Notes: generated by a model from the letters alone, not told the origin. Shown: positions 39,615-50,579, counted from the first letter of the stretch. The stretch is 64,000 nt of DNA from an uncultured delta proteobacterium (GCA_963823335.1 CAWGLD010000001.1:1184001-1248000); one strand, 5' to 3'. Numbers and translations are program-made.

Positions 39615-40610
39615 TTAGCCAACAGTTCCAGCGAAGAAACAGGATACCCTATGGCCCTGTTCTATTTCTTTAAAAGGGGGCTCCTGGGTACGACAGACAT
39701 CTTTTACATAGAGGCAGCGCGTGTGAAACCGGCACCCTTTTGGCGGGTCGATGGGGCTGGGGACATCTCCCTTCAGAATGATCCGTTTTTGTTTTATGGT
39801 GGGGTCCGGGGTGGGAGATGCGGATAACAAGGCCTGGGTATAGGGGTGCAGGGGGCGCCGATAGAGTTTTTCACTGTCGGCGAGCTCCACGAGTTTACCC
39901 AGGTACATGACGGCCACCCGGTCGCTGATGTGTTCTACAACACTCAGGTCGTGGGAGATGAACAGGTAGGTCAAGTTGAACTCCTCCTGCAGATCTTGAA
40001 AAAGATTGATGACCTGTGCCTGGATCGAAACGTCCAGCGCTGATACGGCTTCATCACAGATGATAAGCTGGGGGTTGAGAGCCAGCGCCCGCGCAACACC
40101 GATTCGCTGACGTTGCCCACCTGAAAACTGGTGCGGATAGCGTCGCATGTGTTCCCGTTTCAGCCCCACGACTTCCAGAAGTTCCAAAACCCTGGCATCT
40201 CTTTCTCTGCGGTCTCCGACGCCATGAACCAGCAGGGGTTCTCCGATGATATGGGCGACTGTTTTCCTCGGGTTCAATGAAGAGAAAGGGTCCTGAAAGA
40301 CGATCTGCATTTCTCTTCGCAGGCTGCGGACTTGTGCAGGGCTGTATTCGAGAATGTTTTCCTCGTTGAAATAAACAGCGCCGGCCGTGGGTTCTTCCAG
40401 TCGCACAATGGCGCGACCCAGGGTCGATTTTCCGCACCCGGATTCACCTACGAGACCCAGGGTTTCCCCTTTGTTGATGGAGATATCCACACCATCGACC
40501 GCTTTGACGGAGGCAATCTCTTTTAAGAACACGCCGCCAAGAATCGGATAATGTTTTACCAGCCCTTCGGCTCTCAAAAGCGGTTTTATTCCGGAAGCGG
40601 TATCATGCAT
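39615..40610 (-). CDS. dppF: dipeptide/oligopeptide ABC ATPase
   Basis: [33 protein letters not shown]. Confidence 0.9.
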   Translation of the reverse strand: MHDTASGIKPLLRAEGLVKHYPILGGVFLKEIASVKAVDGVDISINKGETLGLVGESGCGKSTLGRAIVRLEEPTAGAVYFNEENILEYSPAQVRSLRREMQIVFQDPFSSLNPRKTVAHIIGEPLLVHGVGDRRERDARVLELLEVVGLKREHMRRYPHQFSGGQRQRIGVARALALNPQLIICDEAVSALDVSIQAQVINLFQDLQEEFNLTYLFISHDLSVVEHISDRVAVMYLGKLVELADSEKLYRRPLHPYTQALLSASPTPDPTIKQKRIILKGDVPSPIDPPKGCRFHTRCLYVKDVCRTQEPPFKEIEQGHRVSCFFAGTVG

Positions 40611-41580
40611 ATTTCAGGCACCTCACCGCATGATTTTCCCCCACAGCATATTGCCGGGGGGATATTTTGCGACAGTCGGAAAACACATCCGGGCAGCGGT
40701 CACTGAAGAGGCAGCCCTCCGGCAGGTCAAAAAGAGACGGAACCACACCTGCAATAGTGGAAAGTCGTTTTGATTTTATCTTTTTTCCCAGAACGGGAAT
40801 CGATTCCATGAGGCCGATGGTATACGGGTGTTTTGGGGTCAAGAAAAGGGTTTTGGCACTGGCATACTCCACGATGCGCCCGGCATACATGACGGCTACG
40901 TGTTGTGCCATTTCGGCAATGACCCCCAGGTCATGGGTGATAAAGAGAATGGATGCCCCTGTGTCCTCTTTCAGTTTGTTCATGAGATCGAGAATCTGAG
41001 CCTGAATAGTTACATCCAGCGCTGTCGTCGGTTCATCTGCGATCATCATTTTAGGGTTACAGGCCAGCGCCATGGCAATCATGACCCGTTGCCGCATGCC
41101 ACCACTCATCTGGTGAGGGTATTCATCCAAACGTCGATCCGCAGCCGGGATGCCGACCCGCTGAAACATTTCGACTACCCGTGAGCGGGTTTCTTTTGCC
41201 GATAGCTTTTTGTGCAATCGAATTACCTCTCCCACCTGATCCCCTACGGAGAAAACCGGGTTGAGGGATGTCATGGGTTCTTGAAAAATCATGGAAATCT
41301 GATTGCCCCTGATTTTTCGCATCTGTTTTTCAGAATAGGCGAGCAGATTATTGCCATTGAAAATGATTTGACCACCCACGATTTTGCCGGGGGGATCTGG
41401 AATCAGTTGAATGATGGAATGGGCGGTGACGCTTTTACCGCAACCGGATTCTCCCACAAGACCCAAGGTCTGTCCCGATTCGATGGTCAGACTGACATCG
41501 TCGACAGCTTTTGCCACCTGGCCGCGCACAAAAAAATGGGTTTGTAAATTAACGATGTCTAATAGTGCAGTATCCGGCAT
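40603..41580 (-). CDS. dppD: dipeptide/oligopeptide ABC ATPase
   Basis: [38 protein letters not shown]. Confidence 0.9.
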   Translation of the reverse strand: MPDTALLDIVNLQTHFFVRGQVAKAVDDVSLTIESGQTLGLVGESGCGKSVTAHSIIQLIPDPPGKIVGGQIIFNGNNLLAYSEKQMRKIRGNQISMIFQEPMTSLNPVFSVGDQVGEVIRLHKKLSAKETRSRVVEMFQRVGIPAADRRLDEYPHQMSGGMRQRVMIAMALACNPKMMIADEPTTALDVTIQAQILDLMNKLKEDTGASILFITHDLGVIAEMAQHVAVMYAGRIVEYASAKTLFLTPKHPYTIGLMESIPVLGKKIKSKRLSTIAGVVPSLFDLPEGCLFSDRCPDVFSDCRKISPRQYAVGENHAVRCLKYA

Positions 41581-41585
41581 TCGAT

Positions 41586-42479
41586 TTAGTCTCTCAAGCG
41601 AGGGTCAAGTGCATCCCTGAGACCGTCGCCAAAAAGGTTGAATCCAAGAACGGCAAATAAAATGGCGATACCCGGGAAAGTCATTACCCAGGAAGCCCTG
41701 AGAATCAGGGAACGGCTTCGCGCGATCATGGCGCCCCATTCAGGTGTGGGCGGTTGTGCACCGAGCCCTAGAAAACTCAAAGCGGCGGCATCAAGAATCG
41801 CCGATGCAAAGGACAGGGTTGTCTGGACGATGAGGGGACCCAGGCAGTTCGGTAATATTGCCAGGAAAATAATACGAAGATCCCTGGCGCCGATGGAACG
41901 GGCTGCGGTCACATAATCTTTCCCACACTCTTCCAGGACACTTCCCCGGACAATACGTGCAAAACGGGGAACATAGGTGATACCGATGGCCATCATGGCA
42001 TTTTTGAGACTGGGACCTAGATAGGCGACCACGACGATGGCCAGAAGCAGATACGGGAATGCCAGGATAATATCCATGACGCGCATGATGAGGCTGTCCA
42101 GTTTTCCTTTGTAGTAGCCTGCCACGGATCCGAAAAACGTCCCCAGCACAAAGGCCAGACCGACACTGACCATGGAAACCATCAGGGATACCCGCGCACC
42201 GTAAATTAATCTGGAGAGGATGTCCCGGCCCAGATCGTCGGTTCCCAGAATATTTTTTGTGGTTCCCTTGTCGTGCCACATGGGTGGTTTTAGTTGATCA
42301 TACAGGGATGTTTCGTTCGGATCATGGGGGCTCAGCAGGGGAGCAAAAGTGGCTGTTATAAAAAAAAAGGAGACGAGTATCATGCCGGCCACAGCGGTCT
42401 TGTTCCGCCAGAGCTGGGATAACTGGTCGAGAAATGGGTGTCGATCCTGCGGATTTTTTCGTTTCGGGTTGTCAGACAT
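41586..42479 (-). CDS. dppC: dipeptide ABC permease
   Basis: LGTDDLGRDILSRLIYGAR, LSFLGLGAQPPTPEWG. Confidence 0.9.
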   Translation of the reverse strand: MSDNPKRKNPQDRHPFLDQLSQLWRNKTAVAGMILVSFFFITATFAPLLSPHDPNETSLYDQLKPPMWHDKGTTKNILGTDDLGRDILSRLIYGARVSLMVSMVSVGLAFVLGTFFGSVAGYYKGKLDSLIMRVMDIILAFPYLLLAIVVVAYLGPSLKNAMMAIGITYVPRFARIVRGSVLEECGKDYVTAARSIGARDLRIIFLAILPNCLGPLIVQTTLSFASAILDAAALSFLGLGAQPPTPEWGAMIARSRSLILRASWVMTFPGIAILFAVLGFNLFGDGLRDALDPRLRD

Positions 42480-42483
42480 TGTA

Positions 42484-43488
42484 TTACTGGACACTTATCC
42501 TCGGGTTAATGATGGCATAGAGAATATCCACACACAGATTGATCAATATGAAAAGGGCTGCAATAAAGAGAGTACCTCCTTGAATGACCATATAATCGCG
42601 TTGCATGACCGCATCGTACATCCATTTTCCGACACCCGGCCAGGCAAAAATGGACTCGGTCAGTATGGCACCTCCAAGGGTGACGCCGAACTGCAGACCG
42701 ATGGTTGTCACCACCGGGATCAAGGCATTTCGAAGACCATGCTTATAGATTACCTTGAACTGTGAAAGCCCTTTTGCTTTGGCGGTTTTGATATAGTCCT
42801 GACGCAACACTTCCAGCATGGCCGAGCGTGTCATTCTGGCGATGATCGCCATGGGAATGGTGCTCAGGGTTACCGCCGGCATGATGAGGTGCCACACGGC
42901 GTCTCTAAAGGCCACCCAGTTGCGGGTCAGCAAGGCATCCAGGGTATAGATGTTCGTGATAACCTGGAGGTCGACATCGATACTCAGACGGGCGGATAAG
43001 GGGAGCCATCCCAGGTTGACGGAAAAAATGAGCATAAAAACAAGACCAAGCCAGAAAATGGGCATACTGACCCCTGTAAGGGCTCCCAGCATACTGACGT
43101 AGTCGAAAATTGAATACTGCTTTGTGGCGGAAATGATGCCCAGGGTTACACCGAACAGACAGGCGATAAAAAGAGCGGTCACAGCCAGTTCCATGGTTGC
43201 CGGAAAGCGCTGCTTGACTTCGATCCAGACCTTTTGACGGGTCCAGATGGTTTCACCCAGATCACCTTTCATCAATCGTTTCAGAAACATGCCGTACTGG
43301 ATATATAACGGCTCATTCAACCCCAGATGCTCACGGATCTGGTACAGTGCTTCGTCTGTGGCCCGTTCTCCCAGCAGCAGTTCGGCTGGATCGCCCGGTG
43401 TCAGGTGAAGCATGAGAAAGACAATGATAGACACCCCTAGCAGGGTGGGTATCAAAATCAGGATGCGTCTGATGGCGTAAGAAAGCAT
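42484..43488 (-). CDS. dppB: dipeptide ABC permease
   Basis: PGDPA, RFPATMEL, ARMTRSAMLEVLRQDYIKTAKAKG. Confidence 0.9.
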   Translation of the reverse strand: MLSYAIRRILILIPTLLGVSIIVFLMLHLTPGDPAELLLGERATDEALYQIREHLGLNEPLYIQYGMFLKRLMKGDLGETIWTRQKVWIEVKQRFPATMELAVTALFIACLFGVTLGIISATKQYSIFDYVSMLGALTGVSMPIFWLGLVFMLIFSVNLGWLPLSARLSIDVDLQVITNIYTLDALLTRNWVAFRDAVWHLIMPAVTLSTIPMAIIARMTRSAMLEVLRQDYIKTAKAKGLSQFKVIYKHGLRNALIPVVTTIGLQFGVTLGGAILTESIFAWPGVGKWMYDAVMQRDYMVIQGGTLFIAALFILINLCVDILYAIINPRISVQ

Positions 43489-43490
43489 AT

Positions 43491-43561
43491 AGCTATAAGC
43501 TGTAAGGGGTAAGCTGTAAGCCATAAGCCGTAAGCAGCTTATCGCTTACAGCTTATGGCTT
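43491..43561. repeat. inverted 7-nt tandem repeats
   Basis: GCTATAA/GCTGTAA/GCCATAA/GCCGTAA units followed by TTATCGC/TTACAGC/TTATGGC. Confidence 0.7.
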
Positions 43562-43569
43562 GGTATCGT

Positions 43570-45183
43570 CTATTTCAAACTGACGTTTTTCATCCGTACG
43601 GATCCTGTGGGATGCAGCTTGAAGTTCTGAACACTTTTCTGAGCCGGCCAGATAACGGTGGAGTGTGCCACGGGAATGACCGGGCATTCATCGAACATCA
43701 GCTGCAGCGCGTCTTGATAGATTTTGATGCGCATGGCCTGATCAACCGTTTGTTTGCCCTTCAGCATCAGGTCGTGATAGGTCTCGTTATGCCACTGGGT
43801 TCTGATGGCGGATGAGGCCAGGCCGTCAAACAGTACGGCCAGGAAGTTGTCCGGATCACCATTGTCGCCGGTCCATCCCAGCTGGAACAGATCCATATCA
43901 TCCGGCTGCTCTCGTTGCCTTTTGAGATAGGTTCCCCAGTCATAGCTGACGATTCTGGCGGTGATGCCCAGTTTTTTCAGGTCGGCTGCCATGGCGACAC
44001 CGATCTTCTGGCCTTCGGGGTTGTAGGGCCGGGGTACCGGCATGGACCACAGGGTAATTTCTCCCAGTCCCTCGCCTTCGGGAAAACCGGCTTTTGCTAA
44101 GTACTCTTTTGCCAGGTCAACATCATAGGCATAGCCCGGAACCGACGTATTGTAACCCCACATGGTCGGGGGAATGGGATTCTTGGCAACCTGCCCCATG
44201 CCCTGATAAATATTGTCCACAATGGCTTGGCGATCGATACCGTGGGCAATGGCCTTGCGCAGATTGACGTTGCTCTTCCAGGGTTCCTTGGTGTGGTTGA
44301 AGGAAAGATACCCGACATTCATGCCCGACTGGGTCGGAAGAATCAGATTGGGGTCCTTGCTCGCCATATCGATATCGGCCGGATTGGGGAACTGGCAGAT
44401 ATGGATGTTTCCGGTTTTCAGTTCCAGAAAGCGGACAGAGTTTTCAGGAATGGATCGGAATACCAGTTTGTCGAGATATGGGCCGCCGGATTTGTCCCAG
44501 TAATCCTTGTTTTTTTCTAGAACGATACGGTCGTCTTTGATCCACTGGGCAAATTTGAACGGGCCTGTTCCCACGGGGTTACGTAAAAATTCCTTGGGAT
44601 TTTTCAAAAAGGCGCTGGGGCTGATGATATCGGCAAAATCCATACCCATGTTTGCCAGAAAAGGAGCTTCCACGCGTTTCAGTTTAAAAACCACGGTGTA
44701 ATCATCCACGGCTTCGATACTGCCGATGGTGTCGTCCATCTCCATGGATACCCAGTATTCAGGTGGGCGTTCCTGGGCGGGGATGTCCAAGCCCTTGCCA
44801 AAGAATTTTACGTTACGCTCTTTCATCATCCGGCCGATGGAAAAGACCACCGCATTGGCATTAAAGGGCGTACCGTCATGAAATTTAACATCTTTCTGCA
44901 GATGAAAGGTATACGTCTTGCCATCGGATGAGATATCCCATGACTTGGCCAGACCGGGCTCCAGAGCCGTGCTCTCATCGGCATAAGCCACCAATGCTTC
45001 GAAGATGTTGTCACAGACCATAAAAGAATTGCCATCTGTTTCATAGGCCGGGTCCAGACCGACGCTGTCCCCGCCGCGTCCAAAGACCAGTGTTTTGCTT
45101 ATGGCGGATCCGGGAACGGCTGCAATTGTAAAAAATAAAATTAAACACAGCGAAAGTAGTTGAACCATTGGTTTATGTTTCAT
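43570..45183 (-). CDS. dppA: dipeptide ABC substrate-binding protein (family 5)
   Basis: Signal peptide, LDPA, VKFHDGTPFNA, GTGPF, MPVPRPYNP, GWTGDNGDPDNF. Confidence 0.9.
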   Translation of the reverse strand: MKHKPMVQLLSLCLILFFTIAAVPGSAISKTLVFGRGGDSVGLDPAYETDGNSFMVCDNIFEALVAYADESTALEPGLAKSWDISSDGKTYTFHLQKDVKFHDGTPFNANAVVFSIGRMMKERNVKFFGKGLDIPAQERPPEYWVSMEMDDTIGSIEAVDDYTVVFKLKRVEAPFLANMGMDFADIISPSAFLKNPKEFLRNPVGTGPFKFAQWIKDDRIVLEKNKDYWDKSGGPYLDKLVFRSIPENSVRFLELKTGNIHICQFPNPADIDMASKDPNLILPTQSGMNVGYLSFNHTKEPWKSNVNLRKAIAHGIDRQAIVDNIYQGMGQVAKNPIPPTMWGYNTSVPGYAYDVDLAKEYLAKAGFPEGEGLGEITLWSMPVPRPYNPEGQKIGVAMAADLKKLGITARIVSYDWGTYLKRQREQPDDMDLFQLGWTGDNGDPDNFLAVLFDGLASSAIRTQWHNETYHDLMLKGKQTVDQAMRIKIYQDALQLMFDECPVIPVAHSTVIWPAQKSVQNFKLHPTGSVRMKNVSLK

Positions 45184-45596
45184 TTTTATCTACCTCCCTC
45201 TAGATAGCGGTGCGTGGGTCTTGAAAACAGCACCTTGTTGTGTGTTGGTCAGGCTTGGTCGGTATCAATCCGTTTATTGGTACCATAGCCATTTAAATAT
45301 ATTAAGCATTTGTTTTGGAGCCGTGGACTGGAAATATGAATTATACCTATCAGATCAAATTGGCTTTGTCAAAAAGAAGGCAGTTTTTTGATGTGCATTT
45401 ATTTTTCTTGGCAAGATCAATTTTTTGGGAAAATAATCCCAAAAAATCAACTGGAGCGTAACGCCCAACAAATGATTTTTCGATACATTATAGAAAAATC
45501 ATGGGCGGAAAATCCATCCCGATCGGTTTTCTTGGAAACCGATACAGATGAAAAGGTTTATGTGCTATTTTGACAACTTTCATGCCGCCGGTTCCT

Positions 45597-46922
45597 TTAG
45601 ATGTCTTTCAGAATTTGATTGTCAGGATGGGCTTCGATGGTTGCCTGAAAATTTTTCATGGCTTGGCTAAGGACGCTTGATTCACGGGTTTGAGGAATCG
45701 GCAATTGGTCGGTCCCGATACGTTCCAGCGCATTTGTTACATAGCCGATGGTAATGAGACTGATATCGAGAGCCGGCTGAAACACGGACTCCTCACCGGT
45801 GTCAGAATCCATTTCAGAAACAATTTTCGAGGCTACCAGGTCAAGGAGAGTCCTTTGAACCAGGCGTAAGGGGATTTCGATTGCAGCTGATATCTGGTGA
45901 GCGGTAGCGGGTTTTTCAGCCTTGGCAAAATTTGTCACCAGGAGATGTGCAATCTGGAGCGCCAGTCGTTTTCTTAAAGAGAAGCTGATATTATGGGATA
46001 CCTGTTCGAACTCAAAGGTTTCGTTATTCTGATGGGCAAATGCGATCTCGGCACCGAACAGGACAATCAACCAGCTGGTCTGCAGCCAGATGAGAAAAAG
46101 AGGCAGGGCAGCAAAACTTCCGTAAATGGCATTGTATTTCGAGAGCAGAAACTGAAAGTTGATGTAAACCATCTGAAGTACCTGATAGATGGTCCCGGCC
46201 ACAATACCGGCTACCAGGCCAGAGCTGATTCTGACTTTTGTGTTGGGCATCATCAGGTAAGTGAAGGTAAAGAGCGCCCAGATCAACACATAAGGGATCA
46301 ATTTAAATGAAATATAGATCAGCGGGCTAAAAAAGCCCAGCAGGGCGATTCTGTCCACGATCAGGGTGATCTGGGTCTTGATGAAAACCGTTGCGCTACT
46401 GGAAAGGATGACCAGCACCGGGCAGATGAGCATGATGGTCAGGTAATCACTGAATTTTCGCCATAAGGACCGGGCCCTGGAGACATTCCAAATGTCGTTG
46501 AACGATTGTTCGATATGGCCCAAAACCTTGATGACGGCCCAATAGAGAACGATGATGCCGATCCCCGCGATCAGTCCCCCCCTTGTTTTTGCCAGCAGTG
46601 TCCTGGCAAACGCGAGTGCTTTGACCAGGATCTCCTGCTGCCCTGGAAAGCGTTCGAGCAGTTGATCCTGCAGGAGCGCGTCAAAACCAAAGCCCTTTGC
46701 AACGGCAAATACCATGGCCAGCACAGGGACGATGGCCAGCATGGAATAAAGCGTCAGCGCGGAGGCCCTCAGTTGAAGTTTATCCTCTTTGAAACCGCGG
46801 AAAGCAAGGATGATGACCCGAAGCTGCCTGAGAAAAAACGATTTACTCCAGGAGGTGTTTTTGGACTCAATATGCCAGATGTCGGTTGTGACGAATTGGA
46901 TGATTTTATGCAGTGTGCTCAT
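45597..46922 (-). CDS. YihY/BrkB-family membrane protein with C-terminal winged-helix-like domain
   Basis: RASALTLYSMLAIVP, YNAIYGSFAALP..LIW; HTH-like ATAHQISAAIEIPLRLV. Confidence 0.88.
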   Translation of the reverse strand: MSTLHKIIQFVTTDIWHIESKNTSWSKSFFLRQLRVIILAFRGFKEDKLQLRASALTLYSMLAIVPVLAMVFAVAKGFGFDALLQDQLLERFPGQQEILVKALAFARTLLAKTRGGLIAGIGIIVLYWAVIKVLGHIEQSFNDIWNVSRARSLWRKFSDYLTIMLICPVLVILSSSATVFIKTQITLIVDRIALLGFFSPLIYISFKLIPYVLIWALFTFTYLMMPNTKVRISSGLVAGIVAGTIYQVLQMVYINFQFLLSKYNAIYGSFAALPLFLIWLQTSWLIVLFGAEIAFAHQNNETFEFEQVSHNISFSLRKRLALQIAHLLVTNFAKAEKPATAHQISAAIEIPLRLVQRTLLDLVASKIVSEMDSDTGEESVFQPALDISLITIGYVTNALERIGTDQLPIPQTRESSVLSQAMKNFQATIEAHPDNQILKDI

Positions 46923-46992
46923 GAGATTTCAGGTCCTCAGGGACTTTGTTGACGGGGCAGTCAAAGTACAATAAAATCGTTGTACGATTTTA

Positions 46993-48177
46993 TTAAAATA
47001 TGCCGATTAAGAGCACTAAGTCAATCCCCCCGTGAAAAATCGGGTACCGCTTGAACCTTTTCGGAAACCGCTTTGCGATGGCCCGGTCCTTGACAAGGAT
47101 TGCGACTTGCCAGTGCCGGAAGTCTTTTTCGAGTTTGTTTAGGATGTCATGATAAAAAGTTTTCGGCTTTTCATTCGTATTCAGACGAACACCAAACGGG
47201 GGGTTGAGAACCAGTATGCCGGGTGTTTCGGTCATGTCCTGAGGTGTGAGATGGAAAAAATCATGGGTAGCCACCTGGACCACATCCAGCAATTCAAATG
47301 TGACGGAAATTTTTTTAAGCTCCGTGATTCGTTTCAAATCCTTGTCTGAAGCAAAAATCAAGGGTATCTTTGTACGCCTGATATCATCAGCTGCTTTCCG
47401 TTTGAGATGGTGCCACTGGGGTTCACGAAAGGCCGGCCATTGCATGAATGCAAAATCCCGGTAAAAGCCGGGCGGGATGTTCCTGGCCAGCATTGCCGCT
47501 TCCAGAGAAAAGGTTCCGGAACCGCACATGGGGTCGAGCAGGGCTTGTGAACCATCATAGCCGCTCAGTTTCAATATGGCCGCTGCAAGGGTTTCCCGAA
47601 TGGGTGCTTTTCCAACGTCGTGTTTTAATCCTCTTTTAAAAAGTAGATCACCGCTGCTGTCCAGGGAAAGCAAGAGCTGATCATCCATGGCCCTGACATA
47701 CAGGTGCTGACTGTCTTTTATTTCCGGAAGACCTGGTTTTCCGAAAGGCATCCGGGGTATTCGTTGGCGGATGCAGGTTTCTATGCGTTTTGTAATGGCA
47801 CTTGTATGAAAAAGCCTGGAGTGTCTGGCTGTTACACTGAAACAAAGCTCTGATGACGGGGAAAGATAGAGCTCCCAGGGGAATTGCAGCACATTTTTTT
47901 CGAGTTGCCGGAAGTTGGTGGCCTTGAAATCGGTCAGACGCATAAGGATCCTGTTCGGGATCCTGAGGTGGAGGTTGGCAGCATAGCAACCGGCAAGCCG
48001 GCACCTGAATTCAACGCCGCCCGGAACGATTACGACGTCATATATATCGGTGGGCAGGGCAGCGATTTCCTGGGCGCAGATGGGTTCAAGACCCGGTGGG
48101 GTTGTGGCAAAAAAAGTGTGTTCCTTGGCGACGACATGTCGCTTGATCCGCTTGTGGATGGGGGTGTTCAGGGGCAT
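46993..48177 (-). CDS. THUMP-domain RNA methyltransferase (RlmL/TrmN-like)
   Basis: LSLDSSG..LFKRG, APIRETLAA, DPMCGSGT, NPPFG. Confidence 0.88.
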   Translation of the reverse strand: MPLNTPIHKRIKRHVVAKEHTFFATTPPGLEPICAQEIAALPTDIYDVVIVPGGVEFRCRLAGCYAANLHLRIPNRILMRLTDFKATNFRQLEKNVLQFPWELYLSPSSELCFSVTARHSRLFHTSAITKRIETCIRQRIPRMPFGKPGLPEIKDSQHLYVRAMDDQLLLSLDSSGDLLFKRGLKHDVGKAPIRETLAAAILKLSGYDGSQALLDPMCGSGTFSLEAAMLARNIPPGFYRDFAFMQWPAFREPQWHHLKRKAADDIRRTKIPLIFASDKDLKRITELKKISVTFELLDVVQVATHDFFHLTPQDMTETPGILVLNPPFGVRLNTNEKPKTFYHDILNKLEKDFRHWQVAILVKDRAIAKRFPKRFKRYPIFHGGIDLVLLIGIF

Positions 48178-48395
48178 CCTGGTCCTTTCTAAGATGAGCG
48201 ATTGCCGATCTTACTGCATCTACGGCGTCAGATGCCATGCCGCATAGTTCACTATAGCGGAACAGCATCTTCCTTGTAGCTGCGGCAACCGCGACAATTG
48301 TTCAACTTTGTCCTTATCATTATTGCGCTTGATATTGAATCGTATGCATAATATTAGAAGCTAACTCAAACTTTGTAAATCAATTTCAGGAATCA

Positions 48396-49502
48396 ATGGT
48401 CGACGTATATTTCAGACATACCCAATATGATGATTCCGGTCTGAAGCAGGTTGTTTTCGACATGATGCGGGCCATGGGAGGCGACGCAGTTTCCGCCGGA
48501 ACAAAGGTCATCATCAAACCGAACTTTCTGCTGGCGGCAGACCCGGAAAAGGGAGTTACCACCCACCCCAGGATCGTACGATATGTGGCTGAATTCATCC
48601 TTGATAAAGGATGCAGCCCCATCATTTCAGACAGCCCGCCCATTGGTTCATTCGAAAAGATTCTGTCAAAAGGGGGCTATGTCGAGGCACTTTCAGGCCT
48701 GGATGTGGTGTTTCGGCCTTTCAGGGAACCCGCTAAAATTGATATCGGAGAGCCCTTTGGCGTTGTCGAGATTGCCAGAGACGCGCTTGAAGCTGACGTG
48801 GTAATCAATCTGGCAAAGCTCAAAACCCATGCGAAGATGCTGCTGACCCTCGGTGTGAAGAACATGTTTGGCTGCGTGATCGGTCTCAAGAAACCTGAAT
48901 GGCATTTTCGGGCGGGTACGGACAGGGAAGTGTTTGCACGATTGCTGGTGCAGATATACAAGGCTGTCAGTCCGGCCATGACAATCATCGATGGTGTCCT
49001 GGCCCTCGAGGGGCAGGGACCGGGAAGAAGCGGCACGCCCAGGGAGCTGAACCTGCTTGCAGGAAGTCAAGACGCCATTGCGGCGGACATGGCCATCTGC
49101 AGTGTTCTGGGCCTGGAACCCCAGAAGCTGTTGACTAACCGGGCGGCCGGTCAGTTGCAGCTGGTGCCGGAAGATATCCATGTACATGGTGAATACAATA
49201 TCCTGAGTGACTTCAAATTTCCGGAAATAGATTCCATGGCTATCGGACCTGATATTCTGCAAGGATTTATGCGCAAATATGTCCTTCAGAAGCCGGTGTC
49301 AGACAATCAGAAATGCAAACTGTGCGGTGAGTGCTGGCGTTGTTGCCCGGTCAATGCCATCAATCGTCGTGTCAAGGGTGTCCGATTCACGTACAATACC
49401 TGTATCCGCTGTTATTGCTGTCTGGAAATATGCCCTTATGGCGCCATCACCAGCAAGAAACCGCTGCTGGGAAGACTCTTTCGGAAGCACGATACACATT
49501 AA
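48396..49502 (+). CDS. DUF362 protein with C-terminal 2x[4Fe-4S] domain
   Basis: VIIKPN, TTHP, KLKTH, GVKNMFG; CKLCGECWRCCP and CIRCYCCLEICP. Confidence 0.9.
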   Translation: MVDVYFRHTQYDDSGLKQVVFDMMRAMGGDAVSAGTKVIIKPNFLLAADPEKGVTTHPRIVRYVAEFILDKGCSPIISDSPPIGSFEKILSKGGYVEALSGLDVVFRPFREPAKIDIGEPFGVVEIARDALEADVVINLAKLKTHAKMLLTLGVKNMFGCVIGLKKPEWHFRAGTDREVFARLLVQIYKAVSPAMTIIDGVLALEGQGPGRSGTPRELNLLAGSQDAIAADMAICSVLGLEPQKLLTNRAAGQLQLVPEDIHVHGEYNILSDFKFPEIDSMAIGPDILQGFMRKYVLQKPVSDNQKCKLCGECWRCCPVNAINRRVKGVRFTYNTCIRCYCCLEICPYGAITSKKPLLGRLFRKHDTH

Positions 49503-49570
49503 TTAGAAGCTATCTGGATAAATACACGCTTCATCTGAACTTTTATTCGTCTCGACAGTCAGGCTTCTAA
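49503..49570. repeat. short degenerate family B-like element
   Basis: TTAGAAGC...GCTTCTAA termini immediately after a stop codon. Confidence 0.4.
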
Positions 49571-49600
49571 TTTCATCATGATCAGTCAATCTGTTTCATG

Positions 49601-49629
49601 TTGACAAAAGTCACTATCATCGCTAGCTT
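49601..49629 (+). promoter_or_regulatory. sigma70-type promoter of the thioredoxin-rhodanese pair
   Basis: TTGACA-N17-TAGCTT. Confidence 0.5.
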
Positions 49630-49730
49630 AGTGTTGGCATGACACAATGTGGTATGTTTGGAAAATTTCCCAGTGATCTGCAAAGTTAGCGAGCGCTGTT
49701 GCGATTCAATTGTTAAGGGTGAGGAATGAT

Positions 49731-50144
49731 ATGTCAAAGTTAAAGGGAGTCACAATATTTTTGCTTGTTGTTTTTATTTTGAATACCGTTCCTATTGTGT
49801 CTATTTCCGCACCGAATGCGATTGAATGGCAATCATACACCACCGGAATGGACTTGGCTAAAAAAAATAGCAAGTCGGTCTTTCTTCATTTTTATGCAAC
49901 ATGGTGCAGTTATTGTACAAAAATGGAAAAAGAATCGTTTCAAGATGATTCTATCGCCGAATACCTGAATGACAATTTTGTTTCGATAAGAGTAGATGTG
50001 GATAAAGAACAGAATATCGCTGACATGTACAATGTGTTTGGTTTGCCCACCACATATTTTTTTTCCTCGAGTGGCGAAAATCTTGGATCGGTTCCAGGAT
50101 ATATTTCAAAAGATCGTCTGATGACAATGCTGAAGGAGATATAG
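49731..50144 (+). CDS. exported thioredoxin-fold protein (SoxW-like)
   Basis: N-terminal hydrophobic segment, FYATWCSYC, VFGLPT, PGY. Confidence 0.85.
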   Translation: MSKLKGVTIFLLVVFILNTVPIVSISAPNAIEWQSYTTGMDLAKKNSKSVFLHFYATWCSYCTKMEKESFQDDSIAEYLNDNFVSIRVDVDKEQNIADMYNVFGLPTTYFFSSSGENLGSVPGYISKDRLMTMLKEI

Positions 50145-50147
50145 ATA

Positions 50148-50579
50148 ATGCGAAGCTCATATTTTAAAACACAAGCGATTCTCGCATCACTGATCTTTGC
50201 TTTCGTCGTATCATTGTCTCTGACTGTAACCGCTGCCGAACTTTCTATGATGTCCGTAAACCAGCTCCAGCGTGTATTGGACAACCCCGAGATAGTTGTA
50301 CTTGATGTTCGTGGCAGTAAAGACTGGACTTCCAGTGACTTTAAAATTAAAGGCGCCGTCAGGAGAGCCCCGATAAGTTTTGAATCCTGGGCCAACGAAT
50401 ATTCCAAGGACAGTGTACTGATCTTATACTGAGCATGATCCCAAGAGCAAACGAGTGTCAGTTTGGCACGAAAGCTTATCTCAAAAGGATTTAACCGGGT
50501 TTACGTCTTGAAGGGTGGATGGGATGCTTGGTCAAGATCTAATTTTCCTGTTGAAGAAAAATCACCTCTTCTAAATTAA
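50148..50579 (+). CDS. exported rhodanese-like selenoprotein with predicted U-x-U motif (TGA 50430-50432 and 50436-50438)
   Basis: VLDVR..IKGA..VLILY-TGA-GCA-TGA-SQEQTS..LISKGFNRVYVLKGGWDAW..FPVE; frame open to TAA 50577-50579. Confidence 0.85.
50455..50469 (+). promoter_or_regulatory. putative bacterial SECIS hairpin
   Basis: GTGTCA-GTT-TGGCAC stem with G-first loop, 16 nt after the second TGA. Confidence 0.6.

Noticed and set aside
48255-48307. Possible sixth copy of repeat family A
   Set aside because: Similarity (GTAGCTGCGG...TTCAAC) is too weak to call by eye
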